DNA from: Lama glama
Lineage: Eukaryota
DNA length: 64,000 bases
NCBI GenBank assembly: GCA_028534125.1
Contig: CM052816.1
Location: 78,184,001-78,248,000, forward strand
Direction of reading: 5' to 3'
Shown: positions 23,147 through 35,100 of the stretch, piece after piece
Layout: each line of letters opens with the position of its first letter
Numbering within the stretch: the stretch's first letter is position 1
Program-made: the position numbers and the translations under genes
The notes under the pieces: generated by a model
The model's input: the letters and a program-made list of their open reading frames with translations, nothing else
Database searches by the model: none
Told to the model about the DNA's origin: nothing

Positions 23147-26100
23147 TTTTTTGGTGGGGGAGGTACTTAGGTTTACTTACTTATTTATTCTCAGAGGAGG
23201 TACTGGGGATTGAACCCAGCACCTCATGCATGCTAAACATGCACTCTTACCACTTGAGCTATACCCTCCCCTACATTTCCTTTTAGCAATAGTAGGGAGA
23301 GATAAAAATATGTGTACTTATAAGCTATGTTTCCTCTCCTTTCCTTTCAAATAGGAGTTTTTAAGATAATTAAAATGAGCCCACTAATGTAACAATTAGT
23401 TGCTGGAATAGATGTAGCTGATTTCATTGAAAGCAGTCTCATTTGATTATAGTTAAGTACATTTTCTATTTTTAATTACAGGACTAAACTCAGTACTTCT
23501 CAGTACTTACTTTTGAGTTATATGTCTCACTTTATTTACAATTATTGGTATTTCACTAAGATTTGAGAATATTTATAAACATGGGTATATAATAATTGCT
23601 ATGATGGAGTTACCTACATTTACAAGTCTTTCTTTCAATTTTTTTCTCTTAAGGCAGAAGCAGGTTGGTTTAGCCAGAGATGTAGGAAAATAAACCACTC
23701 AAAGAGCTCACTTTCTTTCCTCGTTCCTTCATTACTGCAGTTCACGTTCTCAGAAGATGGTGAGTAGAGAAAAAATTGGACAAACAAAAATTTTAACAGA
23801 TTGTTGAACTAACATTTTCTTTAGAAATTTTCATTCTTAACTGAAACAGTTTCTTACTAAATAACATTTGTCATACATTCATATAGTCTTTTAAAGGGAG
23901 AGGGGATGGTTAAACATAGAGACAGAATGAGTTTTATTTCCAAGTTCCTATAAATGTAGCGTCATAGAACATGTGTTTAAAACAGCTGTATATGCTTAAA
24001 CCAAAACATGTGTTTGTGTATGTGAAAGGCATTTAATACATGTTTTGCCTTGTCTAGAAGAAATTCCCATCATAAAATGAATATATGTTGAGTTTTTAAT
24101 AAACTGAGAGATTTAAGCAGGTAAAATAATTTTTAAATGCTCCAGGAAAATAAGATAAATGCACCTAAAAATGTTAATATGACTGAATTTTTAAAGTATT
24201 TTCTTTCACATAATGAATTATTAAACTAAACTGGAAGTTTCTTGAAGGGATGGACCAGGTATAATTGTTTTATGTGTTTCTAGCATATAGCAAGCATTCA
24301 TTTAAAGTTTGTTGAATGAAGAAATAATTTGAAACTTATTTTTGGTTTGGAAACTTATTTTAAGTTTGGAAGGTTAAAATTCATGTAGAGTACAGAATAA
24401 CCTATTGGTGATGCTCTTAACCTAGTCACAGTGTGTGATGTTTGCCTTTTTCACGTGTTGTCTGACCTAAATGTTTCTTGGCTTTGTCCTTGTACAACCT
24501 AAGGCTTATCTACAAAGCAAAAGGAAAGCCCTGAACGTAAACCACCAGGTTTAATTGTTGTAAGCTGCTAATGAGTTTGATTTGTTAATCTCTGGGGTTT
24601 TTGTTTGTTTGTTTTCTCTTACTTTTAGATCCTATTGTTCAAATTGCAATCGATAATTCAAGAAATATTTTGTATACAAGATCTGAGAAAGGAGTAATAC
24701 AGGTAAGTATTAATATTACATCACCATTTAAGAGGGGAAGAACATCTCTGTTTTTAAGAAAGATTTAGTCACTCTTAGAATTTTCCTATGAACTGTTTTG
24801 TTTTTTAAAAGAATCCCAAACCACTTCTTAGAGTCCCGTTTTATGAAACTACAGATCTCTGAGTGTTTCCATACGTGTGTAAACTACTAAAATTAAAGGA
24901 TCCCTGAAAAGGAAAAGTTAAGTTAATAACTATTTATTTGAAAGGTTATTTTATAAAATGTATATAGTTTGTAATCATGTTTAAGTAGGTGTAATTTTTT
25001 CATTCACAGGTGTATGATTTGGGCCATGATGGACAGGGAATGAATAGAGTTGCCTCAGTATCCCAGAATTCTATTGTCTCTGCTGCTGGAAACATTGCTA
25101 GGTAATATGTAATGTATTGTCAGACATTTCACTGCGGCCATAGTTAATTATTTACATGCAGTATACTAAAATTATTCCCTTCTCAGAATCTCTCTACAAG
25201 GTAAAGGATGTTGAGGGAGATGACAGCGTAGGTCATGCTTGAAATAGTTGCCAGAGATACTTCCTTTTATTTTAGTCTTATGTTTGATGGTTTGAAACAT
25301 AAGGCAGGATGTTTTATGGTGTAAAGTACAGCTTGACATATGTTTTCCCCTGGAGCTTTAAATTATGCCTTAAGTGGTCTGTACTGGCATACAGATATTG
25401 TAAGTAGGAAACCACAAGTCTCAAAATTTTCCCCATTCCACCCATTTAACATCATTGATCTAGTAATTGACACATTCCCATTTGGGGGTGCGAAATTTCA
25501 CAGTTGTATTATCCTCACTGTATTCTTGAGGAGAGTGAAACTGAGGGATGTTATGATTTGCCTGAGATGAAACTCCTAAATAAGTACTGGGACCCAACCT
25601 AGAAGCCAAGTCTTTGGATAAATACACTGCTATTGCATGTGCCACAACTGATTTAGCTACAGAAATTCTCTTCGCGTGACAGAGACCTTAGATTTACAGC
25701 TTCTGTTGTCTGTGTGCCTGGGTCACTGCTACAGTCAGATAGTCTCGTGAAAAGTCAGCATGTTTTCTTTGCTCTTCAACAACGAACTATAGAAATGATC
25801 CCTGAAAGTGTTGTCTTTGCTTTTCAGTGACAAAAAATTCTCAAAGCGGACAATTGAAAGAGTTTATTTTTTCTTCTCTCAACTTTTTTTTGGGGAAATT
25901 GTTTCAAATCCACAGAAAAATGAAAAGAGCATGATAAAGACTGATATACCCTTTATCTAAATTCACCAGTTGTTAGAATTTTGCCTTATTTGCTCAATCT
26001 TATGACCTGTTTGAAAGTAAGATGTAGACATCGTGACTTTCACCCTTAAATCCTGCAGCTTCTGTCTCCTCAGTTCTTACATACAATACCACTACCACAC

Positions 26101-29100
26101 CTAAAAAATGTTCATAATTTTATAGTGTTATCATAATTGTATAGTCCATATTAAAATTACTCAATAGTCTCCCAAGCCTTTTATAAGTGTTTTTCTTTAC
26201 ATTTTTCTCCAGATCAGTCAGAGCTTATGAGCTGCACTGGTCTTTAGTCCCTTTAATCTAAAACAGACTTCTTCCTTCCTTTTCTTTTTCAAATATTTAC
26301 ATTTGGGTGAGGGGACAAGATAGTTATTTATAGAATATCCCAATTTCTGAATGTGTCTTTTTTTCCTGATGTGTAGATTCAGGGTAGTATTGTTTTTAGC
26401 CAATACTGCATAGATGATGTGAACTTTTACAGCATTACATCGGAAGGCACATAATACAAGTTTTCCTATAATGAACACTTGATTGAGATGATATTCACTA
26501 GATCTCCATTATGAATGCTCACCCCCCTTTATTTTATTATATTTTTATTGAGGTATAGTTGATTTACAGTGTTGTTTCCCCCTTTTTAATTACTGGTAAT
26601 CTTTACAGTGATATTTTGATGCTCTAAAACACCTTGTTCCCTGTTAACTACTCAGTGAATCCAGCCTTCTTTCATGGTCTTTAAAAAAAAGGGGGTTCCT
26701 TTTAACAATAATAATGTAAATGACACACATTCGAGGGGTTTTGCCAGTTCTTGCTGCTGTTATATTACTTTCCTAAGAAGTTAGTCTTAAACTATTTTAG
26801 CATATTTAAACATGTAAAAAATGCTAGTGGAATATATTCCTTATAATTTAGTAGACACATTTAAAAAATAAATTTTAGTTTTTCTTTCTTCTAGGACCAT
26901 AGATCGTTCTGTTTTTAAACCAATTGTTCAAATAGCAGTGATTGAAAACTCCGAATCACTGGACTGTCAGTTATTGGCTGTCACACATGCAGGTACGTTA
27001 TTGTGTTTATACATGTGCTATTACTGTGGTAACTTGATAATCTTCAGGCTTGGAAATTTATGATTAGAAGTATGTTTTTACTTCTGTATCAGTTATAAAA
27101 CCATATTAATAATGCATAAAGTTAGGGATTTTAAAAATCAGAAGATTTGTCTGGCTATGCCTCCTCATTTTATAGATGTGAAAGCAAGCCTGAAAGATAA
27201 CATTTAGTGACAGAGCTTGAATTAGAATGCAGGTTTCCTTGTCTCACAGTTGTAGGTTCTTTCTACTGAAATGTGTTGATTTACCTGTCAACTCCAAGTG
27301 ACGTCTTAGGAATCACTTCAGCTGGTAGTACACATAGTGATTTAAGATCAGTCAGGAAAGTGATATATGGCATTAACTATGATTCTTTGTGGAATTGCTT
27401 CAATAACAGATGTACCTCCCATCTTTTAGTTCCTATGAATAATGGATGATTTTACCTTATCCCCAGGTGTAAGGCTGTATTTCAGCACTTGTCCGTTCAG
27501 ACAGCCATTAGCACGACCTAATACATTGACACTGGTCCACATCCGCTTACCTCCTGGATTCTCAGCATCTTCAACAGTGGAAAAGCCTTCAAAAGTACAT
27601 AAAGCTCTTTATAGTAAAGGTAAATTCTGAAATACTATCAGATTTAATATTAAACTCTTAAAATTATTAAAATTAGAATGCATTTTGAGGCATTTGAAAA
27701 TAAGGAAGGGGGAGGGTATGGCTTAGTGGTAGAGTAAGTGCTTAGCATGCATGAGGTCCTGGGTTCAATCCCCAGTACCTCAGTTACAATAAAAACAAAT
27801 AATTAAATAAGCCTAATTACCTCCCCTCCCTAAAAAAAAAAAAAAAAAAAAAGGTGATTTAGATCTATGTAGTCACTTATTCTCCCATATAGTATAATAA
27901 AAGAAAATAATGAGATTTCCAGTGCAATTCAGAATGTTTTGGTTTTTTATCCAGAAACTCCTTTTACACATTAACTTATATATCAGAAATTTTCATGGGT
28001 ATGTATATAAAAACTATACTTTCTGAATTGTTTTCTCTTACTAGCCTTGTATATGAACTCACTGCCCAAAATCAGTGTTACATCCACTGTAACAGACTCT
28101 GGACTTTTGTTCCTTCAGGATAATTAGAAAAACCTGAATGACTTTTCTCCTACCCTGCCTGCTGTGTCAGTGTCTTTATGGTTGTGAAATGTTTTGCATG
28201 CAACAATATGAAATCTTGATGACAAACTCTTGGACTCATAATTAAGTTTTAAAAATGAAATTTTCGTTAGACATCAAAGCTATAAAAATCTGTTCCCCAA
28301 TATGAGAAAGCATTGGTGAAACGTTTGTTTTGATTTCCTTGTTCTAAAGCCTTTTCTCTGTTTATTCTACTGTGTCTTCTAATATTTTATTTTTCAACAT
28401 GCAAATGATGCTTTCCTTTATAAATGGAAGTGTTTTCAAATGCATTTGAAATGTTTTCATCATGCACCTTCACAGCACTTTAAATAACAGCTTTAATTGA
28501 AATATAATTTACGTATTATAAAATTTAGCCTTTTATACTAAAGTATACAATCCATTAGTGTTTAATGATGGTTGTACAAGTCTTAATCAACTATTGTCTA
28601 ACTCCAGAGCATTTTCATTACCCCAGAAAGAAACCATGCACCCATTAGCGGTCATTCCCTATTTCCCCCTTCTTCCAGCCTTGAGAAATCACTGGTCTAC
28701 TTTCTGTCTCTATGGAATTGTCTGCTCTGGACATTTCATTTAAATGCAGTTGGACAATATAAGACTGGCTTCTTTTACTTAGCACAGTGCTTTCAAGGGT
28801 TAGCCACAGTGTAACAGGTTTATTTCTTTTTATTGCTGAATAATATTTTCATTTTGTGAATGTGCCACATTGTATTTATCATTTGGTGGGCATGTGGGTT
28901 GTTTGTATTTTTTGGCTATTATGAATAATGTTGTGAACATTCGTGTACAGGTTTTTGTGTTTTCATTTCTTTTGGCTATATACCTAGGGATGGAATTGCT
29001 GGATCATATGGTAACTCTGTGCTTAACCTTTGAAGAATTGCGAGACTTTCCCGAAGTGACTCTACTATTTTACAGTTCTCACCAGTAGTGTATCAAAGTT

Positions 29101-32100
29101 GCATTTTCATTTCATTCTTCCCAACACTTGTTTTCTGTCTTAATACTATGCCCACCCTAGTGGGTGTGAAATGGTATCTGATTGTGACTTTGATTTGCAT
29201 TTGCCTGAAAGCTACTGTTGTTGAGTATCTTTTCTTATGCTTACTTGTCATTGTACATCTTCTTTGGAGAAGTAACTATTCAGATCCTTAACCCTTTTTG
29301 GAATCAAATTATTTGTCTTTTTTATTATTGATTTGTAAGGGTTGTTTGTATATTCTAGGCACAGTCTTTTTTATTGGGTATATGATTTGCAAATATTTTC
29401 TGCCATTCAGTAGGTTATCTTTTCACTTTCACAAAAATTAGTTTCTATGAAGTCCAATTTATTTTTAATTCTGTTGTTATAATTTGGGTTCATTTCTAAG
29501 AAGCCATTCCCTAACCCAAGGTCACAAAGATTTACTTCTGTGTTTTCCCCTGTGAGTTTCGTAGTTTTCACTCTTAGATTTAGGTCTCTGATCCATTTTG
29601 AGTTCATTTTTCTACATCATGTGAAAGTATGTCTGACTTTATTTATTTACTTACTTGTGATTATCCAGTTGTCGCAGCACCATTTGTTGAAAAGACTTAT
29701 TCTTTCCCTATTATCTTAGTACCTTTTCTCAGATGAGTTGCCCATAAATACATGGGTTCTGGACTCTCAGTTCTATTCCACTGGTCTATATGTCCGTCTT
29801 TATGCCAGTAACCCAGAATATTTATTACTGTTGCTTTGTCATAAGTTTTGAAATTCCAACTTCAGTCTTTTTCCTTTTTCAAGATTGTTTTGACTGTTCT
29901 GGATCTCTTTAATTTTTGTATGAATTTTAGGTCAGCTTGTCAATTTCTGCAAAAAAGGGCAGGTGGGATTTTGATAGTTGAAAATGTAGATCAATTTGAG
30001 GAGTATTTCCATCTTAACAATATTAAGTATTCAAATCCATGAAAATGGGATATCTGTTATACCTCCTTTAGTTTCTTACAGTAACATGTGAGAAACTGTA
30101 CAAGTTTTTCACTTTCCTTAAATATATTTCTAAGTATTATTTTTGATGTTATTGTAAATAGAATTAAGTTTTAAAGCTAGAAATCTGTTGAGGAAAAGTA
30201 CTGTGGTTTCAGTTATGTGTATGATGCAATCAATTTTAAGTTTTTCCAAAAGACTTCCATATGCTAAATTTTAAGAAACACTTTTTGCCACTTTGCTTGA
30301 TATAAACTATTCTCAATTTCTTACAAGCTAGTTATATAATTTAATAATTAATCATTGTCCCATCACCTATAGCCATCTGATGGACTCAAGATTCATATCA
30401 CTAAAGTCAATATAAAGGGAGTAAATTAGTGGGAGGAGCTGGAATTGAGTACAGGAGAGTATATTTTAAAATCAGACTGTAATATTAGCTAGTATTGCTT
30501 AGGTAATATTTTAGAGTACATTTATCTCTGCCATTCCACTAGTAACTTTATCATTTTTATTCATGCTGTGTTTGAATTAACCAGTACATGAACTCTATTA
30601 GACTGAATATTAGATACGATTGATTGTAAGTCACATTTTTTTATGTATTAAATTCTTTTTAATATAATAATTAACCTGATAAACACATTGATTAGAAATA
30701 TATCCTAACTTTATAAATGTTAAAATGTTAAAAAAAAATTGTGTTTACCTGAAAGAAATACAGTATAAGTTCCAGAACACTTAATGATTCTATCCTGCTA
30801 ATAATTATATGTTCTTTTAGGGGATTTATTTTTGTTTATTTTACAACTTGTTTATAAAGATCAATGCCATTTACTTATGTATCCATATTAATGTTACTAA
30901 TATGATTGTTAAAGATGTGTATTATGTGACATCATATAACTAGATTTTGCGTATTAAACTTAGGTATTCTACTGATGGCAGCCTCAGAAAATGAAGATAA
31001 TGACATCTTATGGTGTGTCAATCATGATACATTTCCTTTCCAGAAACCAATGATGGAAACCCAGGTAAATTATCCTGAAGGATTATAAACAAAAATGTTA
31101 ATATAATTTTAAGTGAAGAATAAAAGTGTAAGAAACTTTAATCTTCTGATTTATTACTGTTTGCTTCTAATAATCTTACATGGTTAGAAGCCATACTGAA
31201 AAGTATATTGTTAATTCTTTGTTTTTCCTCTGTGAGTTTAGAAGTCATTATAGTATTCATTTAAAAAATCTTTAAAGAAAACATTGGAATCCTTTTAGAA
31301 TGTTTTTCATACCCTAGAGAGGGGGTTGTTTTATCCAATTTGATCAACAGCCTCTGGGGCAGGCAGCATGAGCTATACTAGGGCCTCGAGGAGGACAGAT
31401 GGGAGTGGAGTAAGGGACATCAAGGGGAGTATGTAGGGATGACCTCTTCTCAGCTCCTCCTGGACTGGAGGCCTCTCCTGGCCGGATCCCACACCTAAGC
31501 CACCCCTCCCAGCTCCCAGTCCCCAGGGTACCAATGTATATTGCTTGGGCATTAGATTGTATTAGAGAATTATTAATGTTCTTAAATGTTACAGTAGTAT
31601 CAGGGTTGTATAAGAGAACATCCTTATTTTAGGAGATGCATGCAGAAGTATTTAGTGGTGAAGTATGATATCCATAATGTTCAAATGGTTCAATAAAAGA
31701 AAAAATACATATAGAAAGAGCGAAGAAAGCAAATATGGCAAAATGCTGTTAATTGTTGAATCTAGATATTGGGCATATGGACATTTACTGTACTTTCAGT
31801 ATTTTTTGGATGCTTGAAATTTTTCATAATAAAATATTTTAATTTTAGACACTTTTTTTCTGAGAGTATATTAGCTTAGAAGACAAATATAACTTTAGAA
31901 GGGAACAAAAACTACATGTCAGCTGTTTAAGCACTGAACGTACCAATATAGATCAGTATATCCTGGGAAGATGGTAGAAGGTATATAATTGGCTGTTGAA
32001 AGAGTTGTAATTTTAGTAAACACTGTTTATAGAAAATTTTGCCTTTGCCTTCTAGAATGAAAAATTATTTACTATCATAGAAGATGACTGATTAAAAGAA

Positions 32101-35100
32101 TAGGTATTAGAAAATTAAATACAGACTTTTGAGAATATTCATGCTAAAGTATTACTAATCTATTAAATCCTACATTTATTTAGAGATTATATTTTTTAGA
32201 AGATTTTGCTTTATGTAACTTTAATAATATGTATAAAAGTTTTATTTCTTCTACATAGATGACTACTCGTGTCGATGGTCATTCCTGGGCTCTTTCTGCA
32301 ATAGATGACTTGAAAGTAGATAAGATAATCACACCCTTAAACAAGGATCATATTCCAATAACAGACTCACCAGTTGTTGTACAGCAGCACATGTTGCCTC
32401 CAAAGAAGTTTGTTCTCCTCTCAGCACAGGTATGTACATATTCTGTTAAGATGGAGACAAAAAGAAGAGAAGCAGTATTTAATGTTTTTGTCAAAGTATC
32501 CTGCAATAGTTGCTTAATAGAGTCATTTAGGTGCTTACTGTTGTTTAGTCTTAAAATATTCTTCAGGAATCGTTTGTAAACATCAAAAATGCAACAAAAA
32601 GAACTTGCTCTTTATAATGTGTTACACTTTTCTAAAGTAGCATTTCTATCTCCATGTTTCAGCAGCATAAAATGAATAAGCTATATTTATTTCTTATAGG
32701 ATAGTCCTCTCGTTTTAAAAAAAAACTTTTTTTAATATTTATTTTTTGAGTAGTAATGCATTGACAAAAGTCAAAAGGTAAACAGGAGTACACACAATAA
32801 AACCTCCCTTGTGGTTCGGATCCCTTCCCTACAGACACCCATGGCATCTGTATCTTGCCAAAGTTATGTTGTGGATATACAAACAACACAAATATATCTA
32901 TAAACAGATGATAGCATATTATATGCACCGTTTTATACCTTGCTTTTAATGTTTCAAAGATACATTTTAGGCATCTTTCCATGTTAATATATAAAGAACT
33001 TTCTCATTCTATTTTACATTTGAAAGGCATTCCTATATATGGATGTATCATTTTTAACTAGGCCCCTATTAACAGATAATCTTTTGCTGTCAAAATAATG
33101 CTACAACCTCGTTCATGCCTATATCATTTTTTATGTGTGTGAGTAAAGCTATACAATTTTATCTGCTGGGTCAAAGAGTATGTGCATTTCTCAGTTTGAT
33201 AGATGTTGTCAGTTTCCCTTTCTTTATACACACATTCACTATCGGTGAATGTTGAGTGCTTGTTTCCTTACATCCTGTACAATATGCTGTCTTATTAAGA
33301 GTGAGGTTGACTATCTTTTCTAGTGTTCATTTTTCTGTAAATTATCTGTTCCTCTTCTGTACCTGCTTTTCTATTGTCTTTTTTTTATTTATAAAATCTC
33401 TTTATATATCAAGGAAACTAACTTTGTGATTTAATCTCAAATATTTTTCCTGGTTTGTCATTTGATTTTGTTTATTGAGATTTTTTTTCTCCATGCAGAT
33501 AAGTTTATAAGTAGTTGAAATATTCAGTTAGTATTTGGGATTTCTGTTAAAGTTAAAAAAAAAACAAACAAACAAACAAAAAAAATCCTTCCTCCCTGTG
33601 AGGTTCATTATAAAATAAGTAAAATAATAATGATAGTTTCTTTCAGTACTCTTATAGTTTTCTTTTGTCCTTTAAGTATTTGATCTATTCAGAATTTATC
33701 CTGGTATAGATATGAGTATGATCCAGTTTTATTTTTTCCAGAGAGGACATACTTGTGCCAACATGACTAATGGATAATCTAACTTTGATCTTCTGGTTTG
33801 AGGGGCAACTTTTATCATATATTAAATTCTACTTGAGCGTATGTCAGAACTTTCTGTTCTATTCTGCTTATCTGACTCTTTATTCATGTGCTATTACCAT
33901 GCATAAGATAAAGGTTTATAATATGTTTTGTGTCTAACAGAGCCAGCACCCTTTTGCTTTCCTTTTTATGGGGTAAGGGCACTGTTTTGTTTTGTTTTGT
34001 TTTTTTAATTAAGTTTCCTGTTTGGATCTATAGATCTAGTATAGGTTGGAAGTTGAAATGTAGGTGATCTTTTTCACCAGTTTACTTTGTACTTTTGAAG
34101 TTATTTTTTGTCTCATTGATTTTATTGAGTTAGTATGGTCAGTTGCTACTGGCCATCTTGGTAAATCTATTACTCATTTTCTTACTTTTTTAACTCCTTA
34201 GGGAAGTCTTATGTTTCACAAACTTAGACCTGTAGATCAACTGAGGCATCTACTTGTGAGTAACGTGGGTGGAGATGGAGAAGAGATTGAAAGATTCTTT
34301 AAATTACATCAGGTAATTATCTGTACTTTTTTTGTTTCACGTGGTAATGTTTTACACAGTGGGAATGATAGCCACATTTTATGTAAGTTAGAACCAAAAT
34401 ACTGTCATTAATACCAGTCTTCCTGTCTTTGCCTTAATCACTATATGAGTGCTGATATTTAGGAGTGAGACTAATATGCTATAAAGTTTATGATAAATGC
34501 TCAGATTTTTTGTTCTGTTGATAAATTCTTATCATTAAAGCATACCAGTAAGAGTGGGACATTCAAATTATGACAAATATAATATTACTAATAAAACATT
34601 TATAGACATAACTTTTTAATTAAAACCCTTTTTGTCACACTTAATGACATGAGGAAAAAACTTGAGGCACTAGTAATGGGATGTTAGTATTTTAAAGCCA
34701 TAATTAGAAATGGTGAGGTAAAACTGGGATTGCTTAGTTTAAAAACAAGAATATCAGATCAAAGTTAAATATACACACTCTGGATTCATACCAGCAGCTC
34801 CACTATCAGAGCAGATTACTTGAATTCTCTGGGCTTCCATTTCCTCATATGTAAAATAGGCACTAAATTATAGTATCTGGCATGAGGATTAATATGTGCT
34901 AAACTGTTAAAATAGTGCCTGGCATATGTCAACGTACTTAATAAATGTTAGCTATTATTATTTCCTAAAAGGTTAAAACACCATGAGAAAAAAATTGGGA
35001 AATAAACCAGAAACTAAAATAGAATCTAGATAAAAAGAAAGCATCCTTTAATAATAATGCTTGTGATAAACTTTAAAACCAATAGTTTTTACTTTTCCTT

